Positions 50,201-64,000 of a stretch of 64,000 nucleotides of DNA are shown here, piece after piece (the stretch's first letter is position 1; each line of letters opens with the position of its first letter). The notes below the pieces were generated by a model that was given only the letters and a program-made list of their open reading frames with translations, did not search any database and had not been told where the DNA came from. A program made the position numbers and the translations under genes. Source of the stretch: Pecten maximus (taxonomy: Eukaryota); contig NC_047021.1 of assembly GCF_902652985.1 (NCBI RefSeq), forward strand, positions 16,864,001 through 16,928,000. The letters are read 5' to 3'.

Positions 50201-53200
50201 CCTTCCCATCGTGTTTAACACGGCGTACTTTATGTGTACACCTTCCCATCGTGTTTAATACAGCGTACTTTATGTGTCGTGTTTAACACGGCGTACTTCA
50301 TGTGTACACCTTCCCATCGTGTTTAACACGGCGTACGTTATGTGTACACCCTCCCATCGTGTTTAACACGGCGTACGTTATGTGTACACCCTCCCATCGT
50401 GTTTAACACATCGTACTTTATGTGTACACCTTCCCATCGTGTTTAACACGGCGTACTTTATGTGTACACCTTCCCATCGTGTTTAACACGGCGTACTTTA
50501 TGTGTACACCTTCCCATCGTGTTTAACACGGCGTACTTCATGTGTACACCTTCCCATCGTGTTTAACACGGCGTACTTTATGTGTTCACCTTCCCATCGT
50601 GTATAACACGGCGTACTTCATGTGTACACCTTCACATCGTGTTTAACACATCGTACTTTATGTGTACACCTTCCCATCGTGTATAACACGGCGTACTTCA
50701 TGTCTACACCTTCACATCGTGTTTAACACATCGTACTTTATGTGTACACCTTCCCATCGTGTATAACACGGCGTACTTCATGTGTACACCTTCACATCGT
50801 GTTTAACACATCGTACTTTATGTGTACACCTTCCGATCGTGTTTAACACGGCGTACTTTATGTGTACACCTTCCCATCGTGTTTAACACGGCGTACTTCA
50901 TGTGTACACCTTCCCATCGTGTTTAACACATCGTACTTCATGTGTACACCTTCCCATCGTGTTTAACACGGCGTACTTCATGTGTACACCTTCCCATCGT
51001 GTTTAACACGGCGTACTTTATGTGTACACCTTCCCATCGTGTATAATACAGCGTACTTTATGTGTCGTGTTTAACACGGCGTACTTCATGTATACACCTT
51101 CCCATCGTGTTTACCACGTCGTACTTTATGTGTACACCTTCCCATCGTGTTTAACACGGCGTACTTCATGTATACACCTTCCCATCGTGTTTAACACATC
51201 GTACTTCATGTGTACATCTTCCGATCGTGTTTAACACGGCGTACTTTATGTGTACACCTTCCCATCGTGTTTAACACGGCGTACTTTATGTATACACCTA
51301 CCCATCGTGTTTAACACGGCGTACTTCATGTGTACATATTCCCATCGTGTTTAACACGGCGTACTTTATGTATACACCTTCACATCGTGTATAATACGGC
51401 GTACTTCATGTGTACACCTTCACATCGTGTATAATACAGCGTACTTTATGTGTACACCTTCCCATCGTGTATAATACAGCGTACTTTATGTGTCGTGTTT
51501 AACACGGCGTACTTCATGTATACACCTTCACATCGTGTATAACACGGCGTACTTTATGTGTACACCTTCCCATCGTGTTTAACACGGCGTACTTCATGTG
51601 TACACCTTCCCATCGTGTTTAACACGGCGTACTTCATGTGTACACCTTCCCATCGTGTTTAATACAGCGTACTTTATGTGTCGTGTTTAACACGGCGTAC
51701 TTTATGTGTACACCTTCCCATCGTGTTTAACACATCGTACTTTATGTGTCGTGTTTAACACGGCGTACTTTATGTGAACACCTTCCCATCGTGTTTAATA
51801 CAGCGTACTTTATGTGTCGTGTTTAACACGGCGTACTTCATGTGTACACCTTCCCATCGTGTTTAACACGGCGTACGTTATGTGTACACCCTCCCATCGT
51901 GTTTAACACAGCGTACGTTATGTGTACACCCTCCCATCGTGTTTAACACATCGTACTTTATGTGTACACCTTCCCATCGTGTTTAACACGGCGTACTTTA
52001 TGTGTACACCTTCCCATCGTGTTTAACACGGCGTACTTTATGTGTACACCTTCCCATCGTGTTTAACACGGCGTACTTCATGTGTACACCTTCCCATCGT
52101 GTTTAACACGGCGTACTTTATGTGTACACCTTCCCATCGTGTATAACACGGCGTACTTCATGTGTACACCTTCACATCGTGTTTAACACATCGTACTTTA
52201 TGTGTACACCTTCCCATCGTGTATAACACGGCGTACTTCATGTGTACACCTTCACATCGTGTTTAACACATCGTACTTTATGTGTACACCTTCCCATCGT
52301 GTATAACACGGCGTACTTCATGTGTACACCTTCACATCGTGTTTAACACATCGTACTTTATGTGTACACCTTCCCATCGTGTATAACACGGCGTACTTCA
52401 TGTGTACACCTTCACATCGTGTTTAACACATCGTACTTTATGTGTACACCTTCCGATCGTGTTTAACACGGCGTACTTTATGTGTACACCTTCCCATCGT
52501 GTTTAACACGGCGTACTTCATGTGTACACCTTCCCATCGTGTTTAACACATCGTACTTCATGTGTACACCTTCCCATCGTGTTTAACACGGCGTACTTCA
52601 TGTGTACACCTTCCCATCGTGTATAACACGGCGTACTTTATGTGTACACTTTCCCATCGTGTTTAACACATCGTACTTCATGTGTACACCTTCCCATCGT
52701 GTATAACACGGCGTACTTCATGTGTACACCTTCCCATCGTGTATAACACGGCGTACTTCATGTGTACACCTTCACATCGTGTTTAACACATCGTACTTTA
52801 TGTGTCGTGTTTAACACGGCGTACTTCATGTGTACATATTCCCATCGTGTATAACACGGCGTACTTCATGTGTACATATTCCCATCGTGTATAACACGGC
52901 GTACTTCATGTGTACACCTTCCGATCGTGTTTAACACATCGTACTTTATGTGTACACATTCCCATCGTGTTTAACACGGCGTACTTTATGTGTACACCCT
53001 CCCATCGTGTTTAACACATCGTACTTTATGTGTACACATTCCCATCGTGTATAATACAGCGTACTTTATGTGTCGTGTTTAACACGGCGTACTTCATGTG
53101 TACACCTTCCCATCGTGTTTAACACGGCGTACTTCATGTGTACACCTTCCCATCGTGTTTACCACGGCGTACGTTATGTGTACACCTTCCCATCGTGTAT

Positions 53201-54716
53201 AATACAGCGTACTTTATGTGTACACCTTCCCATCGTGTATAATACATCGTACTTTATGTGTACACCTTCCCATCGTGTTTAACACGGCGTACTTTATGTG
53301 TACACCTTCCCATCGTGTATAATACATCGTACTTTATGTGTACACCTTCCCATCGTGTTTAACACGGCGTACTTTATGTGTACACCTTCACATCGTGTAT
53401 AATACAGCGTACTTTATGTGTACACCTTCCCATCGTGTATAATACATCGTACTTTATGTGTACACCTTCCCATCGTGTTTAACACGGCGTACTTTATGTG
53501 TACACCTTCACATCGTGTATAATACAGCGTACTTCATGTGTACACCTTCCCATCGTGTTTAACACGGCGTACTTTATGTGTACACCTTCCCATCGTGTTT
53601 AACACGGCGTACTTCATGTGTACACCTTCCCATCGTGTTTAACACGGCGTACTTTATGTGTACATCTTCACATCGTGTATAATACAGCGTACTTTATGTG
53701 TACACCTTCACATCGTGTATAATACAGCGTACTTCATGTGTACACCTTCCCATCGTGTTTAACACGGCGTACTTCATGTATACACCTTCACATCGTGTTT
53801 AACACATCGTACTTCATGTGTACATCTTCCCATCGTGTTTAACACGGCGTACTTTATGTGTACACCTTCCCATCGTGTTTAACACGGCGTACTTCATGTG
53901 TACACCTTCCCATCGTGTATAATACATCGTACTTTATGTGTACACCTTCCCATCGTGTTTACCACGGCGTACTTTATGTGTAAACCTTCCCATCGTGTTT
54001 AACACATCGTACTTTATGTGTACACCTTCCCATCGTGTTTAACACGGCGTACTTTATGTGTACACCTTCACATCGTGTATAATACAGCGTACTTTATGTG
54101 TACACCTTCCCATCGTGTATAATACATCGTACTTTATGTGTACACCTTCCCATCGTGTTTAACACGGCGTACTTTATGTGTACACCTTCACATCGTGTAT
54201 AATACAGCGTACTTCATGTGTACACCTTCCCATCGTGTTTAACACGGCGTACTTTATGTGTACACCTTCCCATCGTGTTTAACACGGCGTACTTCATGTG
54301 TACACCTTCCCATCGTGTTTAACACGGCGTACTTTATGTGTACACCTTCACATCGTGTATAATACAGCGTACTTTATGTGTACACCTTCACATCGTGTAT
54401 AATACAGCGTACTTCATGTGTACACCTTCCCATCGTGTTTAACACGGCGTACTTCATGTATACACCTTCACATCGTGTTTAACACATCGTACTTCATGTG
54501 TACATCTTCCCATCGTGTTTAACACGGCGTACTTTATGTGTACACCTTCCCATCGTGTTTAACACGGCGTACTTCATGTGCACACCTTCCCATCGTGTTT
54601 AACACGGCGTACTTCATGTGTACACGTTCCCATCGTGTTTAACACATCGTACGTTATGTATACACCTTCCCATCGTGTTTAACACGGCGTACTTTATGTG
54701 TACACCTTCCCATCGT
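47242..54716. repeat. 40-bp satellite (acggcgtacttYatgtgtacaccttcccatcgtgtttaac), ~190 copies, with 28-bp deletion variants and higher-order duplications
   Basis: 40-nt periodicity over 7.5 kb. Confidence 0.99.
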
Positions 54717-55499
54717 GTGTTCTGTTAAAGAAAAGAAAGTATACTGATGTGGAAAGAATAGACTAACTCTAGCTCACTCAAAGGTAGAGTGGAATACATG
54801 GACACACTACGTAACGTTAACGTCTTATATTACATCTACGACATAAGTGACGTTCTCAAAATGAGAACAGTGTTAGTGTTTACGAAACCAGCGGGCATAA
54901 CAACGAGCATCGCACACGTAAAGAAAATGTATATTTCTTCTGTTGAAAATAGGAAGGTAATTATTATCGGTGCGACAAAATATCGAATGAAACTCCACCC
55001 ACATTTATGTGCGCCCAAACTGAATCGAAAGCTGCACGTGCGCACATGTAACGTAAGCATGAGACAAGATGTCACCAAAGCCGACGATGACGTGGTCGTA
55101 GCAGGCGATAGAGGACCAAACTCTGACAATTTCGCTGTCGAAAAATTAAAGCGCCCTCTCTGCCAAATGTTACAAACAGCATGCAGGCATGCTCCCTAGC
55201 GGACAACTTTTAATTAACTAAATGAAACTACATGTAGGTAAGACAACATACATGTGTTTATACATTTATTCGTCCCTTTACAACCAGGAAATTAGGTTGG
55301 AAATGATAATACTGTTTTGTAAAATTATTTTTCGATATATGCTGCAACTAATATCAAAGTAAGTGATATGTCCTTTCAAACACAACTTAACCAATCATAT
55401 TCATAAACATAATGAAAATCTCATAAAATCAACGTTATCAATCAGTCCCGCCATTAATACAAAATTGAATCTTGTTCACCCGATTTTAAACAATACCCT

Positions 55500-56100
55500 G
55501 ACATTCATATAGATTAAGATAAATTTTAAAGCATTTACTAAATTTCCCTATGGAACCCGCCCCTCAGATCCCAGGTGGGTCAGATCAACAGCTTATACAA
55601 AATTAATTTCCCTTCACCCAAGGAGACTTCAAACCAATATCCTGTTCCTCCTTAAGAAGAAGACGGATTTTAAAGAATTTACTACACTTCTCCTATTAGG
55701 TCTTAGTCCTCTGGCCCCGGGTCAGTCTTATCGTTTATACAAAAGTAAATTCTCTTCACGCAATGATGCTTCAGACTAAAATTTCGACAATATCGTGTAA
55801 TTCATACAGAAAAAGAAGTATTTTTTAAAGAATTTACTATATTTATCCTTTTGAGCCCCGCTACTCCAACCCCTGGGAGACCTGACGACTCACTGTTTAT
55901 ACAAATTGGTTTCCCTTCATCCAACGATGGTTATGACCAAATATGGAACAAATCACTTCATTCCCACAGGAGAAGTAAGATTTGAAAGAAATCGATATAT
56001 TTCTGCTTTTGGGTCCGTTCCGCAGGCCCCTAAGGGGCCAGACCTATCATTTATACAAAATTGGTTTCCCTCCATCCAGGGATGTTTCAGACCAAATATA
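55500..56100 (+). mobile_element. HINE/Helentron-type internal repeat block, ~4 diverged ~150-bp monomers
   Basis: Recurrent ttaaagaatttacta...ggcccc...ttatacaaa...ttcccttcaYcc...gatg..tcagaccaaa. Confidence 0.55.
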
Positions 56101-57294
56101 TGTTGCCTCCCCACCTGGCAGACGGGAGGACGGGCAGCCCGCTACCAGGACCAACTGAGCGGCCGGGTACTGTAGCCACCAGTAATTTGTAATATGTAAA
56201 TAAATTTGAAAATAAAACCACACCACACGGGCAAAGTGTGTGAATTCCTCGTAGATGTGATATACAGTGTATATAATTAAATGGTAAATAAAGCTACACC
56301 ACACAGGTTTTACATCATTCTAGCTCCACGCAAGGCACCAAAGTGTGTTAATTCAGAACTAAGGCAATGAATAAATAGTCAACAAAATAATTCATACTTA
56401 AAAAAAAAAAATATTTGGTAGAGTTAGGCTATTTGATAATTTAGAATATTAAACATAACAGTTTATAATGTCTTGTCCTCTATCAGACATGGGAGTTTCC
56501 ATATCAACCTTCGTATAAATGCATTTCAAAACAACATATACCGATGTCTCCACCCATCCTCATATAACCCAGTGATGGATCTCACCGTGGAGAAGGTCCC
56601 CTTGCATTAGGGGGCGCAGCGACGGACTTGGAGGGAGCGCGAAGCGTGAATATGAACTTTTTCGATCCGATCTCGGAGAGAGATATCGATATAGCTAATC
56701 TAATTTTAATTAATTTTTCCATGTTCAGCAATAACTAATCTATCGTTGTGGGGTGTTGGTTTCAGCGAAGAGGTCGCGATTTTCTCAAGCTAAGGCACAT
56801 TAATGACGTGAGTGGAGACGAAAGATCGTTGTTTACGATTTCGAGCCTGTGACGGTCTCGCATATACTATAACATCATAAGTAATCAGATTTAGATGCTA
56901 TTGTAATCAGTAATATTCTAACATGTTTTTGGAAGTTTACACGTTTTGGTTGCTGTGAAACATGTCTTTGTTTTCATCGGTCTAGAAGGGACGGCAGTAT
57001 GAGGGAGAGTCCTTGTAACTGGCGACGGCGAATATGGAGCACATTCCTTAGACGACTATTGTAGGTATCATACTGTGTCTGTGTTATAACTATATGAACA
57101 CAGATATATTAAATACGTTATTGTAAAAAAAAACACTGTCGTCTATCTTCGTCATATAGTTATAACACAAATCAAAACTACGCCATGATAAAATGATATA
57201 TGATTTAAAGCAAAGTTCACAGAACCATTAAATCCTGGTAATTTACAATTCGTTAATTACTTCCAGGTGTTTTAAAATATTGTGCACAATAAAA

Positions 57295-57385
57295 CTCCTC
57301 GCGCACTTCAATCCGGGCCAACAAGCGTGATTAATATAAGTTGATATAAATTGTTTCGCCATTGTTGCAAGATGAATAAAATTAC
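57295..57385 (+). mobile_element. 3' fragment of the same SINE family as 17083-17305
   Basis: cctcgcgc.cttc.atccgggccaacaa.cgt.attaa.ataagttgata...ttgtttcgc shared with ~17221-17285. Confidence 0.75.
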
Positions 57386-58782
57386 ATATTTTAAATTGTT
57401 GTGCTGAACTGTCTATAAATCTTTCCGGACCCGATAAAACCGAAATGAAGATTTTGAGGAGCCCGGCAGTAAAACTGTTTTGATTACAAGTAATCCAACA
57501 ATCTTTTATCCTGGTCTCCTAATATATCGCACCTGTTTGTTTACAACAGGTGCGATCAAACTACCGACAATATATTGCATATATATAACCGTATTGTATA
57601 CACACACCAAACACGGTAATACACCAGTCAACGCCACAGGGTCAGGTAAAGCACATTCCGTACCGAGAATATCCAGTTATGGCTTAGTCTCCTTATAATG
57701 ACCAAACAACTATCCAAATCTCATATATACTTTCCACTGTTGCATAAGAATACGGTAAAGTGTTACTATTTCTGATGGCAAAATGTTATCCTAACCTAGC
57801 CAATATCCAACAGTTAGTGTAACTATACTTTGCTCTGATCGTATAGCATTGTCATGTGCTTCCTTCTGGGTTGTCAGAGTTTTGTCCCCTGGTAACACTG
57901 CCCCGTCGACACCACGTGCACAGCCCCGTCGATAACTCAATCTAGATGTACATTACTCCCATTAAGTCACGAGATACGCTCTAATATACAATATATGTAA
58001 TACGTGTAACGGTTCCGCTGTTTATTTTGCAATGGAGTCTGTTGCTGAGGTTATGTCCAGTCAAGCTCTGTCCCTTACCCCGATCTATTCATCCTTTTTA
58101 TGTCCACATTCTATCAGACCTAGTCGTGTCAATGACGATTGGTCGAGCTTCATATCAGGGTGGATTTCAGTCTAACTCTCGAGATGTTTACCAAGAGAAT
58201 TACATGTTTCGGACGTTCGTCTGGTTTGAGTTGCAACCGAAGCCATGTTTTGCAAAATAAAAAAATGTACATGTACATCGATTGACAATACTGCATAGAC
58301 GTTTCGTCTTTCTTCGAAAAGAAAGCTACAATGTCCGAAGACATTCGGAAAAGCGCAAACTATGACATGGATTCCACTTCCCTCTCCCTCCGCAACCGTT
58401 TTCAATTTCAATTTTAACAAATTGTATTGTCACTGAATACGACAAACGACATCAGAGACAACGCGCTATTCTACTCAAATTGTTTTCCCATCTAAAATAT
58501 GTGAATGAACACGTTGGGCCTTTGAGGTTTTAACTAAACTTTGCGGTAGTGTAAGAGGGGCGAAGCTACAATGTATATATGTGTCAGCATTGCTATCTTG
58601 ATTAAATCCCGTTAACACCATCATATCATTGAAATATTTAAAACAGAACAAAATATGTTTTAATCAGATGTTTATTTCTACAAGATGATCCGTACATTGG
58701 GAATGTTGTATTCTCTACGACGTCTGACTCAAAACATTGACACAATTACGTAATATATCACGTGCTGTATCAACATACATTT

Positions 58783-59060
58783 AGACAAACGACATTCACA
58801 CAATTCTCATGTCTCAACTGACACACAACATTCACACAAATCTCACTGATATCTCAACACAGACAAACGACATTCACACAATTCTCACTGTAATCCCAAC
58901 ACAGACAAACGACATTCACACAATTCTCATGTCTCAACTGACACACAACATTCACACAAATCTCACTGATATCTCAACACAGACAAACAACATTCACATA
59001 CTTCTCATTTTTCAGCAGACACACAACATTCAAATTATTATCAGATCTCAATAGACACAG
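58783..59060. repeat. Diverged ~40-bp monomers in a 120-bp duplication, flanking the 41-bp array
   Basis: 58801-58860 is identical to 58921-58980; shares cacacaaatctcactgatatctc with the main array. Confidence 0.8.
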
Positions 59061-59079
59061 CATTCTCACTAACTTTCAA

Positions 59080-61925
59080 GCACAAATATCACTGATATCT
59101 CTCTCAGACACATAGCGTCCACACAAATATCACTATCTCTCTCAGACACACAGCGTCCACACAAATATCACTGATATCTCTCTCAGACACACAGCATCCA
59201 CACAAATATCACTGATATCTCACAGACACACAGGGTCGACACAAATATCACTGATATCTCTCACAGACACACAGCGTCCACACAAATATCACTGATATCT
59301 CACAGACACACAGCGTCCACACAAATATCACTGATATCTCTCACAGACACACAGCGTCCACACAAATATCACTGATATCTCTCACAGACACACAGCGTCC
59401 ACACAAATATCACCGGTATCTCTCACAGACACACAGCGTCCACACAAATATCACTGATATCTCACAGACACACAGCGTCCACACAAATATCACTGATATC
59501 TCTCACAGACACACAGTGTCTACACAAATATCACTGATATCTCTTAACAAAGACAGACAGCGTCCACACAAATATCACCGATATCTCTCACAGACACACA
59601 GCGTCCACACAAATATCACTGATATCTCACAGACACACAGCCTCCACACAAATATCACTGATATCTCTCACAGAAACACAGCGTTCACACAAATATCACT
59701 GATATCTCTCACAGACACACAGCGTTCACACAAATATCACTGATATCTCTCACAGACACACAGCGTCCACACAAATATCACTGATATCTCTCACAGACAC
59801 ACAGCGTTCACACAAATATCATTGATATCTCTCAGACACACAGCGTCCACACAAATATCACTGATATCTCTCACAGACACACAGTGTCTACACAAATATC
59901 ACTGATATCTCTTAACAAAGACAGACAGCGTCCACACAAATATCACCGATATCTCTCACAGACACACAGCGTCCACACAAATATCACTGATATCTCTCAC
60001 AGACACACAGTGTCTACACAAATATCACTGATATCTCTTAACAAAGACAGACAGCGTCCACACAAATATCACCGATATCTCTCACAGACACACAGCGTCC
60101 ACACAAATATCACTGATATCTCTCACAGACACAGCGTCCACACAAATATCACTGATATCTCTCTCAGACAAAAACATTTACACAAATATTACTGATATCT
60201 CTCACAGACACACAGTGTCCACACAAATATCACTGATATCTCTCACAGACACACAGCGTCCACACAAATATCACTGATATCTCTCACAGACACACAGCGT
60301 CCACACAAATATCACTGATATCTCTCACAAACACACAGCGTCCACACAAATATCACTGATATCTCTCACAGACACACAGCGTCCACACAAATATCACTGA
60401 TATCTCACAGACACACACAGTGTCCACACAAATATCACTGATATCTCTCAGACAGACAGCGTCCACACAAATATCACTGATATCTCTCACAGACAGACAG
60501 CGCCCACACAAATATCACTGATATCTCACAGACACAGGGTCGACACAAATATCACTGGTATCTCTCACAGACAAAAACATTTACACAAATATCACTGATA
60601 TCTCTCACAGACACACAGTGTCCACACAAATATCACTGATATCTCTCACAGACACACAGCGTTCACACAAATATCATTGATATCTCTCAGACACACAGCG
60701 TCCACACAAATATCACTGATATCTCTCACAGACACACAGTGTCTACACAAATATCACTGATATCTCTTAACAAAGACAGACAGCGTCCACACAAATATCA
60801 CCGATATCTCTCACAGACACACAGCGTCCACACAAATATCACTGATATCTCACAGACACACAGCCTCCACACAAATATCACTGATATCTCTCACAGAAAC
60901 ACAGCGTTCACACAAATATCACTGATATCTCTCACAGACACACAGCGTTCACACAAATATCACTGATATCTCTCACAGACACACAGCGTCCACACAAATA
61001 TCACTGATATCTCTCACAGACACACAGCGTTCACACAAATATCATTGATATCTCTCAGACACACAGCGTCCACACAAATATCACTGATATCTCTCACAGA
61101 CACACAGTGTCTACACAAATATCACTGATATCTCTTAACAAAGACAGACAGCGTCCACACAAATATCACCGATATCTCTCACAGACACACAGCGTCCACA
61201 CAAATATCACTGATATCTCTCACAGACACACAGTGTCTACACAAATATCACTGATATCTCTTAACAAAGACAGACAGCGTCCACACAAATATCACCGATA
61301 TCTCTCACAGACACACAGCGTCCACACAAATATCACTGATATCTCTCACAGACACAGCGTCCACACAAATATCACTGATATCTCTCTCAGACAAAAACAT
61401 TTACACAAATATTACTGATATCTCTCACAGACACACAGTGTCCACACAAATATCACTGATATCTCTCACAGACACACAGCGTCCACACAAATATCACTGA
61501 TATCTCTCACAGACACACAGCGTCCACACAAATATCACTGATATCTCTCACAAACACACAGCGTCCACACAAATATCACTGATATCTCTCACAGACACAC
61601 AGCGTCCACACAAATATCACTGATATCTCACAGACACACAGCGTCCACACAAATATCACTGATATCTCTCACAGACACACAGTGTCCACACAAATATCAC
61701 TGATATCTCACAGACACACAGCGTCCACACAAATATCACTAATATCCCTCACAGACACACAGTGGCCACACAAATATCACTGATATCTCACAGACACACA
61801 GCATCCACACAAATATCACTGATATCCCTCAAAGACACACAGCGTCCACACAAATATCACTGATATCTCTCACAGACACACAGTGTCCACACAAATATCA
61901 CTGATATCTCTTAACAAAGACACAC
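59080..61925. repeat. 41-bp minisatellite (cacacaaatatcactgatatctctcacagacacacagcgtc), ~70 copies
   Basis: 39-41-nt periodicity; ~950-bp block duplicated at 1223-bp offset. Confidence 0.98.
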
Positions 61926-63496
61926 ACCATTTACATAAAACTCACTTAATCCAACAGACTCAAAACACACCAAGAATTAGCTTCAACAACATTGATTTCC
62001 TATTACATTAACATATCTCAAACATTTTTGGGATAAACTCCAAACAATATATCCTCCGAAATCAAATAAAATCTTTAAGCAATTAAGATTATCACACTTA
62101 TAATTGAAATCAATTTCATTCTTGTACAAAAATTCAATCATCAATCTTTTCCATTTTTATCTTTCTTTCTTAATAAGTTATTATCAATTAAGTCAATTGA
62201 ACAATATCCTTATCCATAAAACAGTGCTGTGTAAATCTTGACGAAGGGAGGTAACTCTAGTTGAAGAGCTCCCACAAACACACAACTATAGAAGTACAGT
62301 GATTTAACTTTGGGGTATACATACATATAGCACCTTGTATATAATGATTTTCTGATTAACTTGTTTAATCCTGGTAAACAAAAATACTTAACACAAGCAT
62401 AAATCAACTATAGCAAGTTAGCCTCAAAATCGGTTTGTTTGCAGAGCAAACAAAAAGTACAGCTGAATGGAAATTTCAAGCAAAATGAAATACAAATATT
62501 GTAACTGAATGTCCATTGAATATTTTTCACTTGCATCTTTTTTTAAAGATTGTTACATACACAGGTATTACATAATATAACTAAATCATATCATTTTCTG
62601 ATAAATGTATCTGCATGTTTATATTTCACAAATACAAAAAGATAAGTAGACTTTGAACACCTTGGACTATATACCAGTCAAACCCACTGGATATTTTTTA
62701 TATCATTAATCACAATAAATATATTCCTGTAATCTCACGAAACAAACACAACCATCTACCAGGTACATTGAACCTCACAAGTCTGACTATACATCAATTT
62801 TCTGTCACATTTAATTTCCTGAGGTTATTGTTTTGCACATGGTGATTGAAAAAAATGATGCTTTATGTTTTTGAATGAATTAGATAAATAAGAACGTCCA
62901 TATGTAATATAAAATGACAGTGTGTAATTCCTGTCAGTAAATAGGTATTGATATTGTCAATTTCTAACAAAACCTAATTTGATTCAGCAATAATTTGATG
63001 AGAAAAAAAAAAAATTTCAGCTAAATATAAGTTTTCTAAAACAGTCGTGCCATAATTGTAAGTATACATACCAATGAAGTGGAGAACTAAACATTGATGT
63101 AATTTGATAAAACCTTTGTCTGAGTCAGATTGATGAGGTTACAATGCCTCTAATAAAACAAGTCAAAACAAATAAATCAACTACATACAGTAATTAAAGT
63201 CATACTAATAAATATGATTAAGCACACTCACAATTCAAAATGGAATGTAAACTAAATTAAACGACAACAATGTGCAGAGATAAAAATAAGAGTCCAAATG
63301 TGTGAAGACAAAACTAACACTAGACAAATCAAACTTTAACTTTATAGATACGTTTATTTAACAAAGGTTTGAGGTAAATTAACTACCAGTACATCAAATC
63401 CAGGTAATTAATTTTAAACAACTCTTGAACTGTGGATGAAAAACTTACTTAACTAAAGAGGTAGAGACTTTTTCCTCAGAACACAATTAATATAAA

Positions 63497-63896
63497 TATT
63501 CCTATCTTTTAATGTAAAGTATATTCCTGTTTGTAAATGTAAATTCAATTCCTGTCTGTTAATGTAAACTATATTCCTGTGTGTTAATGTAAACTATATT
63601 CCTGTGTGTTAATGTAAACTATATTCCTGTCTGTTAATGTAAACTATATTCCTGTCTGTTAATGTAAACTATATTCCTGTCTGTTAATGTAAACTATATT
63701 CCTGTCTGTTAATGTAAATTCAATTCCTGTCTGTTAATGTAAACTATATTCCTGTCTGTTAATGTAAACTATATTCCTGTCTGTTAATGTAAACTATATT
63801 CCTGTGTGTTAATGTAAACTCAATTCGTATCTGTTAATGTAAACTATATTCCTGTCTGTTAATGTAAATTATATTCCTACCTGTTAAGTAAACTAT
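63497..63896. repeat. 25-bp minisatellite (cctgtctgttaatgtaaactatatt), ~16 copies
   Basis: 25-nt periodicity. Confidence 0.96.
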
Positions 63897-64000
63897 TAAG
63901 TGTGATATTAAGTGTATGTAGCAGTTAATCACAGCCACTCCTTATAAGGGTTTATGTTGACACTATCCTAACAATGAATGATAATCAACTTTGGTAATGC

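Noticed and set aside
54789-55199. 136-aa ORF
   Set aside because: No recognisable motif or splice context; probably chance or transposon-derived.
56550-57070. CpG-richer patch with TGACGT motif and a possible donor (candidate promoter or first exon)
   Set aside because: No downstream coding exons could be linked; not supportable from sequence alone.
47242-61925. Regular 25-42-bp repeats resembling CRISPR arrays, and small ORFs within them
   Set aside because: Units are head-to-tail with no unique spacers, there are no cas genes, and the context is eukaryotic.
62000-63500. A-rich stretch resembling the antisense of a neighbouring gene 3' UTR
   Set aside because: Composition only; no coding exon in the window.

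Overview
AT-rich, intron-rich animal genomic DNA. The repeat types (V-SINE-like, Helentron/HINE-like, Crypton-like, Kolobok-like) suggest a mollusc, probably a bivalve; this is inference. It is not prokaryotic, and there are no operons or CRISPR arrays. Two spliced genes can be rebuilt by hand on the minus strand, with GT-AG boundaries and consistent phases. (1) A GAT1/SLC6A1-like Na+/Cl- GABA transporter that runs off the left edge. It has TWO diverged copies of the first coding exon (N-terminus + TM1; 16371-16569 and 19687-19954). Both can splice in frame to the same exon 2, and they differ at the substrate-pocket residue equivalent to GAT1 Tyr60 (Y vs Q). (2) A complete 18-coding-exon CNBD2-like cyclic-nucleotide-binding protein (23865-42269, 846 aa predicted). 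The long GAT1 intron holds a three-level nest: a CACGTG-array element containing a CR1 LINE, which contains an IS3EU-like palindromic MITE. About a quarter of the window is minisatellite, including a 7.5-kb 40-bp array bracketed by an inverted repeat. Assembly gaps lie at 5162-5300 and 39598-39816.
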